Positions 48,660-61,924 of a DNA stretch of 64,000 bases are shown here, piece after piece. The DNA is from Harriotta raleighana (lineage: Eukaryota). The translations under genes and the position numbers were made by a program. The stretch spans positions 310,001-374,000 of the forward strand of contig JBNZDD010013499.1 in the NCBI GenBank assembly GCA_050575255.1. Direction: 5' to 3'. Numbering within the stretch: the first letter of the stretch is position 1; each line of letters starts with the position of its first letter. The notes below the pieces were generated by a model. It was not told the DNA's origin. It saw only the letters and a program-made list of their open reading frames with translations, and ran no database searches.

Positions 48660-49790
48660 GATGTTCGAACAGCCTGTCTGTAAGTCATCAAGAACTGGAT
48701 GAGCGCAAACTTCCTGCAGCTAAACATTGACGAGACAGAAGCCATACTCTTTCGCTATCGTCGAGGTCTTCAGTCTCACGGCTCTCACCTCCTCCACCTA
48801 CCCAACCTGCCTCTGAAACTCTCCAAAACCATACCCAACCTAGGTGTCTGGTTTGACCCCCCAATTATCCTTCCTCCCCCACATCAGGTCCCTCACCATC
48901 ACCGCCTTCTTTCATCTTTGACACATCGCCCTCTCCACCAATATCTCACCCCACAACCTGCCAAAACCCTGGTACCTGCCTTTGTCACCTCTCATCTAGA
49001 CTACTCCAATGCCCTCCTCACTGGTCTCCCTTCCGCCTCCATTCACTAAAATCCAGCTCATACAGAACTCCACTGCCTGCATTCTCACCCAAACCAAACA
49101 TTGCTCCCCAATTACCCCAGTCCTCGCCAGACTTCGCTGGCTCCCTGACATGGAGTGGAATGACTTCAAGATCCTCGCTCTTTTTTTTCTTTTTAGAATT
49201 AGGAGCAGGATTAGGCCATTCAGGCCCTCAAGCCTTCCCCACCATTCAATAAGATCATGGCTGATCTATTCTAACTCCACCTACCTGCCTTATCCACATA
49301 TCCCTTAATCCACAAGAAATCTATCAATCTCAGTCTTGAATATGTTCAAGGACTGAGCATCTACAGCCCTTTGGGGGTAGAGAATTCCATAAATTCACTA
49401 CCCTCTGAGTGAAGAAGTTTTTTCTCAACTCAGTGCGAAAGGGCTGACCCCCTAATTTTAAGACTGTGACCCTGGTTATAGTTTGTCCAATCGGGGGAAA
49501 AAGTCTATTTTTGTCGCTTCTATTTAAATCCCTCCAATCCTCTTCCCCAACCTCTATCTCTCTAACCTCTCTCCTCCCACAATACCCGCTGCCTCTGCTC
49601 TACTGGGTCTGGCCTTCTCCTTGTCCCCCGAAATCCTCCGCTCCAACATCGGTAGCCGTGTTTTCAGCCACTACGCCCCGAAACTCTGGAACTCCCTCCC
49701 TCAATCTGTTCGCCATCTCCCCCCCATCCCTTTCTCATCTTCAGGTCGAGTCTCAAGACCTTTCTGTTCTACTGTACCTTTGGTCACCTT
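48660..49790 (+). mobile_element. L2 LINE 3' fragment interrupted by an inverted CR1 3' end (49194-49500)
   Basis: MSANFLQLNIDETEAIL, KTLVPAFVTSHLDYSNALLTGLP, IQNSTACILT..PITPVLARLRWLP; resumes after the insert with RVFSHYAPKLWNSLP. Confidence 0.85.
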
Positions 49791-51224
49791 CCCCCTTCCC
49801 CTGCCTTGAAGATGGGTCCAGATCAAATGCAGGAATTATTATTAATAAAGAGTAATTCGAAAGTGATCACAGGATATTATGTGTTATAAAAGTTGGGTAC
49901 ATTGTATGGGGTCAAATAAAAAATAAAAAATCCTTTCTTTTGACACAGCACCTGTAATGCTGAAAAATCTCAAAGAACTTCACAAAGTTTGTGTAAAGTT
50001 AAGTGTATTTGTAGGTGAATACAGCAGCTGATTTGTACACAGCCTAAGTGAATAACCATTTTGTTTTCTGGTGGATGGTTCTCATAGCACATTTACAAAA
50101 AAATAACATTGTATTGTTCCATGGTGTAAGATGCAATACTCACCCTATGATCTGCACGTGATCAGTTAATTTCTGCAGTAATGTTATAATGCTAATAATC
50201 CCTGCATGTTGGGAAGTGTAAACACTCCCCCACTCAGAGAAGGAGTCACTGCAGTGCATACAGATCTTGTGTATCAAATAGCATTTAGTTCAGGACATTG
50301 GGTAAAGCCTCGGAGCAGGTCAATTCTATTAAAGAATTGAGTTGCCACATGCATTTCTCAACGATTGTGTGAGAATTTTCAAGAAGCTTTAATGTAAGTG
50401 TTTGTGTACCTCAAGGTTTGCACTTCGAGATTCAAATCATCTGAACCCTGGAGTATACAGCATCATCACACCCAAATAGTCACAGTCTTATCAACATAGC
50501 AATGAAATTGGAACAGCTGTCAGTGGGATGTGGTTGGCAGATAATGCTTCATTTTTATTTTAAAAATTCCCTTTTCTCCACGTTTTAACCTAATTAAATT
50601 ATTGTTATTATAATTGAATCATGATTTTTTTCATTTTCCTTTTTTATTCCCCCATTTTTCATAACTTCTAAGCCTGAGCGAAGTTTCAGTTTCAAGTCAA
50701 GATGATCTGAAATGAATACAATGTTATTGGTGTTGAAACTACTGTAATATACAGTATTGTACTGACTAAAAAAACAGCATTGTATCCTGGGTTTCTTGCA
50801 AGGACATGCAAAGGCTTGTCATGTAATGGGAGATGTATTGTTGCTATTACCTCCCATGGATGACTGTTCAGTAACAGCTAAGAGAACCAGACAAACCAGA
50901 TGAGAATCATCGAATCATTGCCTTCAACGCCCCTCTCGAGTCTCTACCCCCTCCTTGCTCCCACCCTCCCCCCCCCTCGCCCTGAACATTTTCCCTTGCT
51001 CGGGTCCTGAACCAATCTGTCCAGCGCCTTGGGACGTCCTCCTGACGTGAAACGCGCTCTATAAGTGTAATTTTGTTGTTGTTGTTGTTTGTTGTTTGCT
51101 GCATTTGACAAAGTAGATGGGAGGAGGAAATATTGCAGTGATATCCACCCAGCACAAGGTGATTAATGCGTAACTTCTCTTAGTCCCTGTGCTTAATATA
51201 CAGTCATCTCTTTGTTCCCCCTTC

Positions 51225-51552
51225 AGCTCCTGTAGCTCAGTGGTTAGAGCACTCACCTTACAAGCGTAAGGCCTGTGTTCGAATCCATGCAGATCGGGGG
51301 CGAAACCCTGGGTAAGTTTCCTTACTCCACCCAGCTAACAATAATAATAATCCATGCCAAAAAACTCACAATAATAAAATTGCTCATTTCAATCCATGAG
51401 TGTTTGTGGGGGGGGGGACGCTGCTGTGCGCAATCGGCTGCCGCGTTTCGCCCACAAATATACAGTCAATTCTCTTTACGGTATGTTCTGCAAAGCGCTT
51501 TGAGAGGTCGATGAGATGTGAAAAGCGCGATATCAAATGCAAGGATTATTAT
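51225..51552 (+). mobile_element. full-length tRNA-derived SINE (dominant young family)
   Basis: A box TAGCTCAGTGG, B box GTTCGAATCC, body, 3' stem-loop and TCAAATGCAAGGATTATT tail; many related copies in the window. Confidence 0.9.
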
Positions 51553-52902
51553 GATTCTTATCTGAAGATGTGGACTCCTGGACGAGGGGGATTTCCTCAG
51601 GTGCCAGCTGCCTTTCAGCACATTATTCAGGTGGAAGCCTAGACAACAGGTGTTGCCAGCCTGTTCAACAGAAGTGTGTGTGTGTGGGGGGGGGGGAAAT
51701 GTTGGTGGCATCACAGCTGACTGTCTTCACTGGACATTCATACAATCTTACATTCTCACAGGAAGCTCTGGAAGGGAAAATCTTCTTATTTCCTTCTTTC
51801 TAATCTATTCTTAATCTCAACACTTTGGGACGTCCTCCTGACATGAAAGGCGCTATACAAAGTGTAATTTTGTTCTTGTTTCACTGTTACTAAGTCCAGG
51901 TGTAGCTGCCCCAGCTCAGATCAGTTTGCTTACATAGAGCGGGATTCAAACCCATAGCCTTCTAGTCAGATCGAATAATGATGCAAGGTATTCCCTTGCA
52001 TTTGAAAATTAGCGCCTTTGATGTTGGAAGGATGTCTCAAAAGCACTTCATAATAATAATATAATAATCCTTGCATTTGATATAATGCTTTGTCACATCT
52101 TCTAGGCAACCTCAAAGGTCTTCACAGATGTACAGTAAAGTTCTTTGACTGTGTTTTAATCAATGGGGCTAAAGGCGAAACGTGGCAGCCAATTGTGCAC
52201 AGCAGCATCCCACAAACAGTCGTGACGACAAAAGTGTGCGTGGAGTAAGGAAACATGTCCAACGTTTCGCCCTGCCCGTGAATCAAATGTGGGTCCACTC
52301 ACTTGCAAAGCAGGTGCTCTTAACTACTATGCTTCAGGAGACTACTCATAGGATTTGCTGCAAAGTGTTGTGACTATATTTTCTTGGCAAATTAATCCAT
52401 CTCTCTTAGTTTTATTGTACTTTTTTGTTAAAAAAAAGGTACAATCCATTATTTTGAACATGAAAGGAGAGTAAAATATGGAGATTAAAAGGAAATACTG
52501 TACATGAATCCTTGAAATCTAAAATGAAACTGCAAAAGGCTGAACTGCACACAGGTCCACTTATTAGGTCAGGAAGACATCTGAGTAGGAACCCATCATT
52601 CTCTTTCACATCTGTACTGATCCATCTGTTGCATAGTTGCAGTAATAGTCATTAGGTCCATCAAATCTCCAGCGCAAATTTATTAGGTCATGATAACTTT
52701 TTATAACTTTTAATTGTATTTCTTCACTTTTTAATCGATGTCCCTTTACGCCCTTACTTTCCAAGTGCCCTTATTATCTTTCTATCATCTGCTGGAAATG
52801 CCTGAGTGATTCTGTAATACATTCTTGCTGATATTCAATGCACCACATGAAAGAGGTCCATGCAACAAAGGTATATTTATGTTTTTCTTAAAAGTTTTTA
52901 AA

Positions 52903-53180
52903 AATAATAAGAAGAATCCTTGCGTTTGATATAACTCTTTTCACGTCTTCGAGACGTCTGTGGGAGAACCGCGGCAGCCAATTGCGCACAACAGTGTCCC
53001 ACAAACAGTCGTGGATTGTAACGACTAATTTATTATAGGTTTCTTTTGGAGGGATTATTATTAGGCGTGTGTGTGCAGTAAGGAAACTTGCCCAAGGTTT
53101 CGCCCTGACCTGCCTGGATTCGAAACACAAGTCTCACGCTTGGAAGGCGAGTGCTCTAACCACTGAGCTACAGGAGCTCC
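52903..53180 (-). mobile_element. tRNA-derived SINE with internal deletion
   Basis: intact head (reverse GGAGCTCCTGTAGCTCAGTGGTTAGAGCACTCGCC); another copy at about 52050-52340. Confidence 0.88.
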
Positions 53181-56100
53181 ACTCCAATTTTAAAGAGTAA
53201 AATTGCTGTTTTGTAGGATCTCTTTCCGTAATGTTTCAAACGGATGTGTCTTGCACGATTTATAGATCCGTATTAGAATAATGGTAACATTAAAATATCA
53301 TTTTCCAATGTTCAAATGTTTACTGTAACTTCACACTATTGCGCAATAGTGTACACTGTTTGGAAATTTGTTCCCAATTTATTTACATTGTCACCGTGAA
53401 ATACTGACTGACCTTGATGGAAGCCTTTCCTAAGCCAGCTCACGTACAGCGTGAAAGACAAACGCTGTATGTGAGCGCTATTGACTGTTGTTCCTATCTA
53501 CCCCGTGTGCAGGAAGCTTTAGAATTGCTAGTTGTTGTTGTTGTTATACCTCCTCATTTTGGATTTGGTAACAGTGGAAAACAGCCCATTAATCACCAGA
53601 CACTGACCAGAGTGAAAGGTGCCCTATAAAAGCAAGTTGCTGTTGTTAATGTTTACCTTATCAAATCCTGTTGTCAATTTAAACATCTCTATCAGGTCCC
53701 CTTTCAATCATCTCATCTCCAGAGTTAAAAACTCCAACCTGTCCAATCTATTTTATATGAAAAGAGCTGTGTTTACTCATCCCTGGTAACATCCTAATAT
53801 ATCTACACAGAAGCCTTTCCAATGATACAAGGACCCACTCACAATACTCCAAATGTGGGCCAACCAAGGTTTTATATCAGCATTTTGATGACTATCTGAG
53901 AGTCAGCGGAATTCGCAATCTCTCCATGTGGAATTGGTAGTTCGTTTACCAGCTTGTATCCGTCCTACCATCTGTTCATAGAAATCATAGAATCTCATGG
54001 CACAAAAGGAGGCCATTCGGCCCATCAAGTCTTTGCCAGCTCATTAAAAAGAGCAATTTAATGGATGGAACGGGAGAAGCTCACTAAATGGAAAGCAATA
54101 ATTTGTCAAATACACATTTCAATCAACCTTGAATGACACAGTTGTTAGAGGCCAGCGGTTTGTGTTCGCACTGAGTCATAACAGATCATCTAGCAAGTTC
54201 AGTTCTCAGTCTGTGCTGACCTAACTCGTGTCGTGTTAGCTTGGCACAATTGGCTAGGCTTCCCACACATCTCTGCTGGAATGTATATGTGTGGGCTCTG
54301 GGTAGAGAGAGAGCCGAGATATGCTTCTCAATCAAATAACCGTTCAAGCACGCACCGTTTGTGTTTGCTTGTTGTTCTGCTCATTGTTGCTAGGGTCCCG
54401 GGTCTCTATGCAATGTGTGAAGCTTTCATCACCCAGATGATCTCGGGGCAACTCTGCCGCTGCAATGAAATCATTCCCATATGCCTCCCATGGATGAATG
54501 TGTACAACTTCATCAACAGGGAAACCCATGACTTCCTGAAGGCTGGTGCACATCCAGAAATATCAGACACCAAAGTGGAAGCAAGTCCTACCATACTATA
54601 AATATACATGATTGGCGTTGTTTCACAGCCTCGGGGAGATAATGGCAATTGTTGAGAGCCATTACAGCATCGTATACATCAGCAAACTTGCTGAATGAAT
54701 ACTCACCATACACAATGCGTATTTCTACTTTCTGTAGAGTGTCAAGTCCAAAGAAGAGTATTATCTCTCCTCTTCCAGATTTTCCCTCCTTGGGTGTTAT
54801 TACCTGTTGTTTCTTTGCAACTTTCACCGACCCCTGGGGTGCAATATTGTTCCAAACCAATAACAACGCAAAATAAATAAATGTACATTTATACGGTGGA
54901 ATACTGCTGGGCACAATTGGCTGTCGCATTTCGGCCACAAAATATCGTTAATTCGCTTTACAGTCTATTCTGCGAAACTCTTTGAGACGTCTTAATGACG
55001 TGATAAGGCGCTATATCAAATGCAAGGATTATTATTATATTACATCACTTTGTGCAGATGGAAGATCCCGGGATTTCTTGTGGAATAACACAAGGTGGTG
55101 TATTTTACTCAGCTCAACCTCAACCCATTGCCTTTAATTGACATATTAATCATTTGTAACATAATATGATATGGGTTTGTTTAACGTGGGAAATGCAATC
55201 TCGNAGGCGCTATATCAAATGCAAGGATTATTATTATATTACATCACTTTGTGCAGATGGAAGATCCCGGGATTTCTTGTGGAATAACACAAGGTGGTGT
55301 ATTTTACTCAGCTCAACCTCAACCCATTGCCTTTAATTGACATATTAATCATTTGTAACATAATATGATATGGGTTTGTTTAACGTGGGAAATGCAGGAC
55401 CACGAGGTAGCAGAGAGAGTCAGCTTCCACCTCACAAGGCTAAAGTAAATTCAAATCAGACAAGAGAAGGAAAAGGATGGCTTACGTGTGTAATTCGCCC
55501 CTTACATTTATTCTAATTCCACAGCACCCAGAGGCAGTAAATATTTGCAAGGAAACAAATGAACCACAAGATACACCAACAAAAGGGAAGACCAAATAAG
55601 ACCTGGTAAAATCTCCTACTAAAAAAAAATTAAGAACCCAGCACATAGCATCTGAATATCTCACAATTCAAATCTACTTTTACATTTTCTATATTGATAT
55701 GCTCATTGACCTAATTTCTAATTACAGACAGACTTCAATTAGTAACAGCCATCTGGGACTAAACCCAGATCCAGTATTTGGTGTGACGCACCCTCACTGT
55801 GAAGGCTGATCCTCCTGTGGTACAATATTGGAGCACACACAACATGCACCAAATGTAAACGTCATTGGAACCATATGTACTCCACTCTTCACAGTGAATT
55901 GAACACCTTCCTGTTAGGCTTGTTTTTTGTCCCTACTTTATTCTGTGACTGGCTGGTACAATGCATCGAGTGCTACAATCAATGTATGACTGTCACAAAT
56001 GTACGTTTGATATAATTGCATGATTGGTCCATTAGACGTCTGGTATAGTGCAGGCAGTCATGGACACGTAAAAGTGTAGTGAGATTGTGGAACGCGGCCT

Positions 56101-59090
56101 GAAACGGGCGTTGCTTCAGATAGTATAGAGGCATTGAAAAGGAAGGCTAGACTTTCACAAGAGGGAGAGGGGAATAGAAGGGTTTGGAAAGGGTGGAGAT
56201 TGGTAGGGACTGGCAAGCGGGCCTTAATTCCGGACTCGATGAGTGACCAAAGAGTTGTAAGTCTTTGTATCTTGATGGAAACAAGAGTAGTCGGGCAAAA
56301 AAAATGGACATAGCGAAAGTACAGTTCACTGGCCCTCCTCGAAATGAGGAAGAGGTTTGAGTTACTATGTTAGGGAGAGACCCTCAGGCTGCCAGAAAAT
56401 ACAAGAATGTGATGAGACAGCTACAAGTTCAGGAGCTGACAACTTCTCACACACATGAGACGCAAACAAGAAAGTAGCTCATTAAAAAGGATTATCCAAA
56501 AGACCAGCACATTTCCTTGTGCTGACTCTGCTGCTTGATTGGTTTCATTCTCCGATCAGCCAACAACTGCAGTTAACCTACATAACAGTCGCTCAAATGC
56601 TGAATATCGCTAAAACTAACTCCCCTCTTTTGTCCTTCCAGAAAACAGCACCTGGTAAAATCAATACATATTTGTTTTAAGATACTGTATTTTAATTATT
56701 ATCACAGTGTTTCAAGTACAGGAATAGGCTCGAACTCATTCAATACGCTTTGAACCTAATAAATCCACATCTGTGTATTCGATCCCACACTCAATTTCGC
56801 CTTTTCAAACAGGTAAGAGGAGTAGCTTTTAATGTGAAAATGTTGACCGTTGACTTTTTCTTTTACGTAGTCGTACGCAATGGTGAGAAAGTATTAGTTT
56901 CTCAATTTATTTGGGGGAAAATTTACATGCTGGTGTTTCCATGTGTGTGCAATAACGAGCATTACGTCCCATAGTGTAAAGGGTTGACGTGCTCACCTCA
57001 CAGGTGATCAGATCTGGGTTTGATTCCCTGGCAGGATGAAACCCAAGACAAGTTTCCTTACTCCTCATGCCTCTGTCTATTTATCAGGTGGTAGGAACCT
57101 GGTTGTTAGTCAAATGATGNACCTACATAACAGTCGCTCAAATGATGTTTTCCTGGGTAACAATCCCTTTCAAAATACAGTAATGAGAAGAAGAATTTGG
57201 TGACTCAAACCACAACTGTTTGTTGATCTACTGCTGTGTGTAATTGGCTACCGTTAATTCACCCACAAAATGCACGGTCAATTTACATTACACTATAATC
57301 TCTGAGGCGCTTTGAGACGCCTCAATGATAGATAGACACTTCCAGCCTTTCATTCCTCCTGTAACTTCAAGAGTGAGTAATGCAATATTCACAGAGGTAA
57401 AAAAAAAGTGAAAAGTACATTAGGTCAAACAATATCTGCAAGAGAAAGACAGGTTGATGTTTCAGTAGTGACTCTTCACCAGTACTTAAAGAAGAAAGCT
57501 TACCTATTTCAGCTTGCCCATTGAAATGCTGCAGATACGTTTACATGGTCAGGTCCTCCTGATTCAGGACTTTTAACATTTCACTCAGTGCAATAATAAT
57601 TTTTAAAGCTTTAGCTGAGCACGCTGGGGCTTCAGGATTAGCCACGATGAAGAGACATAACATGGACTAAATGGCTGTTTGCTTGCTTTCAATTTCTGTG
57701 TGTCTATAATAATCCGTGTATTTAATATAGCGCCTTGATATAGCGCTAAAAAAAACATCTTGTGTTTAGATAGCTAAAATAACAATGTGCGTTTATGAAA
57801 CGCCGTTCCAGTACACTGCACAGTGGAGAGGTTTCATGCTGTGTTCGGATGTCTCAAATCACTTCACAGAGTGTACCGTAAAATGTACATATATTTGTAG
57901 AGTTGGGGCTGGGTGGGGGGATGGGGGGTGGTGTGGGGATGGGGGTGGAAACTCGACAGTGAAATATGTGTACTGCAACAAGAAGGAGAAAAAAAAGAGA
58001 CCCAATACTTTTTGAAAGGAGCAGAGGAGAGAATGGAGAGAGACGATAAAGTTAAAATAATCGTCCAGAGGTTTCGCTTACACCTAACGCTTACATCTGC
58101 TGAGGCCATCTTTCTTTGGTGACGTATGTGCAGGCTCGAGCTGACCTTTCCTCACACACAGCTGCATGATGTGGAATGTGGAAGAAGTGCGCATTCAGCG
58201 TAACAGCGAGCAACAGCTGATTAGCTGTAACAAATGCCAGAGAGATACCAGACACACAAGCTTTCCCCTTATAAAATCAGAACTCTCTTTCAAATAACAA
58301 CACAAAATCCCACCGTAAATGACAAAGCCAGACATTGTATTTAATGTTTTACACTTTCCCCCCCATACTCCGATTTGCTGTCCTGAAAGTATTGTCGAAT
58401 ACTGAAGTATAATAATAATAATACTTGCATTATAATTATAGACGTCTCAAAGCACTTCACAGGACTTAGAATAAAGTTTTTTTTGACGGTGTGTGTGTGT
58501 GTTGTGGGCGAAATACAGCAGCCAGTTGCACACAGCAATGTCCCACAAACAGCCATTGGAGTAAGTCATCAATTTTATTTGGAGGACTGTTAGCAAGGAC
58601 ACTGGGGGATTCACCCTTATCTGCTCGAATAGTGCTAAGGTCCATCTTAACAGGAAGATGGGACCTCAGTTTAACATCTCATCCAAATGTCTATCACTGT
58701 GGAGACCTGTAGCTCAGTGGTTAGAGCACTCGCCTTGCAAGCGAAAGACTAGGGTTCAGTTCCAAGCAGGGTGAACCCTTGGGCAAGTTCCCTTGCTCCA
58801 CACGCCTGCAGGTGTACATCGCCAAATTCTCACGTTCATGCTTCAGCCCATCTTCATACGTGGGAGATGGAAGAAAAACAAAGCTTCAAGGTGTAGGGAT
58901 ATGGACCACCTGGAAGGAAAGAAAGGTTCCTTTCAAAGCACAAACCTTCAAATAACTTCCAGGAATTAATCTGATCTGAGCTCAGTCCGCACAGCGCCAG
59001 AGCCGATGCATTAAGGTAACAAATCAGCCATGAGATGAATGAGCAATTATTGTGGAGAAACTCGCTTTTCTTTTCAAACAGGGTTTGTGT

Positions 59091-59418
59091 GGAGCTCCTG
59101 TGGGTTAGAGCACTCGCCTTACAAGGGTGAGACCTGTGTTCGAATCCAGGCAGGTCAGGGCGAAACTTTGGGCAAGTTTCCTTACTGCACAAGCCTAATA
59201 ATAATCCCTCCCCTTCCCCATCAAAAAAACTAAATTGGTCATTTCTATCCACGACTGTTTGTGGGACACTGCTGTGTACAATTGGCTGCTGCGTTTCGCC
59301 CACAAATATACAGTCAATTCACTTTTACAGTATATTCAGAGCAGCCCTTTGAGACGTCTAGAAGACGTAAAAAGTGCTGTGTCGATTGCAAGGATTCTTA
59401 TTATTAATATTATTATTA
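59091..59418 (+). mobile_element. full-length tRNA-derived SINE
   Basis: family head, body and tail; further fragments at about 3860-4044, 5995-6180, 13281-13440, 28250-28378, 29095-29240, 31590-31755, 36310-36502, 45730-45915, 54870-55040, 57000-57330, 58410-58560, 58700-58806 and 61030-61286. Confidence 0.88.
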
Positions 59419-59496
59419 GTCACATGTGTCCAGCGAGAGTCAGCATCTTATCCTACTTTGGGGACTTCATGGCCAAGCCTAATCATATCTTTGTTC

Positions 59497-59968
59497 AACA
59501 ACAACAACAAAATTACATTTGTACAGCGCCTTTCATGTCAGGAGGACGTCCCAAGGCACTGGACAGTCATTGATTCAGACCCGAGCTGAGGACGGTGGGG
59601 GGGGGGGAGGGTGGGAGGAGTTTCCAATGGGTCCATCGAAGAAGAGAGTCTTGAGGCGAGACTTGAAGGAGGTCAGGGAGGGGGCGAGACGGAGGAACTT
59701 TGGGATGGAGTTCCAGAGGTTGAGGGCAGAGTGACTGAAGGCTCGCCTGTCAATGGTCGGGCGAGAGGGTCGGGGGACGTGGAGCAGGCGAGAGCCTGCT
59801 GAACGGAGTGGGCAGGCAGGTTGGTAAGGGGATAGGAGGTCACAGATGTAGGGTGGGGGGCGAGGTCGTGAAGGGCTTTAAATGTGAGGACCAGGATCTT
59901 GAATTGGATCCTCTGGATGATGGGGAGCCAATGGAGTCAGGCAAGGATGGGGGAGATGGGGTCACGGA
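59497..59968 (-). mobile_element. L2 LINE 3' end with (GTT)n tail
   Basis: 3' stem-loop GCCTTGGGACGTCCTCCTGACATGAAAGGCGCT and CAA repeats; related 3' ends at about 460-617, 16205-16450, 20420-20800, 47750-48225, 50930-51095 and 63120-63450. Confidence 0.8.
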
Positions 59969-61688
59969 GTTCAATGGTGATACATACATTTTACAGTAGG
60001 AGTGACCATACGGTGATCTGGTATAGGAAACCTTGCTTGATTCTCTTTCTAGTCCAAGGGTCCTGAATCCCCTACTGAGCAATGAGCCATATGCCTTCCA
60101 GATCAATATGTTTCAGTGTCATTCCTCAAAGCCTCTAAGGGAGGTGATCCATAAAGGATAGGGACAGATGAATCTCTAAACCCGGTTAATCTGCAGTCTT
60201 AGTGATGTGAAAGACGCGATATAAATGTAATTTTGATTGATTGATTGATTGATTAATTGATTGATGTGTGCTACCCCCATGCAACGAGAAGCTCCATTGT
60301 GACCCTAAAATAACTTGAGGCATCTGTGAATAACATGAGTTATGATCAATTTTAAATGATCGAAAAGTAAAACATCATAATTCAGAAACAAGAGAGTGTG
60401 CGTTCTTTTTATGACCTGTGCTCTTAAACTCCTACTCAAACAACAACAACAAAATTACATTTGTATCACAAGATAACTAACAGCATTTGACTAAAGGATA
60501 AAAATTAATATTATAACAAAATTGACAACATAAAGAGAACTTTCGCCATGTTAGATTTATCATAGGGAGATAACTGAACCTTTGCTCCTTATGGAAAGCT
60601 CCCACTTAGCTAGTAAGTGTAATAAAACACTGCTTCTATTCCAGTAAGAACTGTAGTCATATGATGGATGCGATCCTCGCTTTAGAGGAGGAAAAGATAA
60701 AATAGTTAGCGCCATGTCTCTGAAACATTATGCAATCAGAGGAAGGGAAGACTGAAAGAGAGGGGGAATAAGATCCTGGTGAAAGAATAAGTCGTTTTAG
60801 GAGATAGGAAGTAGAGTTTGAGAGCAACGAAAGAGAAGTACAGAAGGGTGAACTCAGCAGGCAATTTGCTCACAGCAATGCCCCAGCCATGAAGTGGATG
60901 GCCAATATTATTTTGAGGATTGTTGGCAGGATACCAGGAGAAGCTTCTGGCTTTCCAGTGGATCTTCAGTAGAGAAGACCTCAGTTGAACATCTCATCCA
61001 AAAGGGCAGCTCATTGCATTCATTGGAGCATCAGGGCAGGTCAGGGTGAAAGCTTGGGCACGTTTCCTTACTCCACACGCCTAATCCTTATCCCTCCAAA
61101 AAAAGCTACAATAACAAAAATTGATCTTTTCAATCCACGACAGTTTGTGGGGGACGCTGCTGCGTGTAATTGGCTGCCCACAAGTATACAGTCAATTCAC
61201 TTTACAGTGTACTATGTGAAGCGCTTTGAGACGTCTAGAAGACATGAAAAGCACTGAATCAAATGCAAGGATTGTTATTATTATTAGCAGCAAAGACTGT
61301 GAGTTCAATATCCTGAAGTGGGGCTTGTGAACACACAACCTTCTGACTCAGGTCTCAGAGCTACCAATTTATCTCCCACCCAGCCATTCGCTCCATTCAG
61401 CAAGCACTCACCTGCTTCAGATCTCCCACCTCACGATCGACAGGCGGACTTTACAGCCTTTCTGCCACNTTATTATTATTAGCAGCAAAGACTGTGAGTT
61501 CAATATCCTGAAGTGGGGCTTGTGAACACACAACCTTCTGACTCAGGTCTCAGAGCTACCAATTTATCTCCCACCCAGCCATTCGCTCCATTCAGCAAGC
61601 ACTCACCTGCTTCAGATCTCCCACCTCACGATCGACAGGCGGACTTTACAGCCTTTCTGCCCCCCCCCACCACCCTGCTCTCTGGAGC

Positions 61689-61924
61689 TGCCCTTCTGAC
61701 TTGCTCTCACTCTCCCCTTATTCAAAGTCCATCTCAAAATCCTTATCCTCGGACTGTACTTTTGGTCATCTCCCCCACATCCCTCGACTCCCACCCTCAG
61801 TTCTAGTGCCCTTCTGACTTGCTCTCACTCTCCCCTTATTCAAAGTCCATCTCAAAATCCTTATCCTCGGACTGTACTTTTGGTCATCTCCCCCACATCC
61901 CTCGACTCCCACCCTCAGTTCTAG
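61689..61924. repeat. 118-bp direct tandem duplication
   Basis: 61689-61806 repeated at 61807-61924; TGC microhomology at the junction; no N between the copies. Confidence 0.85.

Noticed and set aside
51225-51300. tRNA gene (Val-TAC/Ala-TGC-like cloverleaf start)
   Set aside because: A and B boxes are present, but there is no 3' acceptor-stem strand and the sequence continues into the SINE body; the same applies to all such heads in the window
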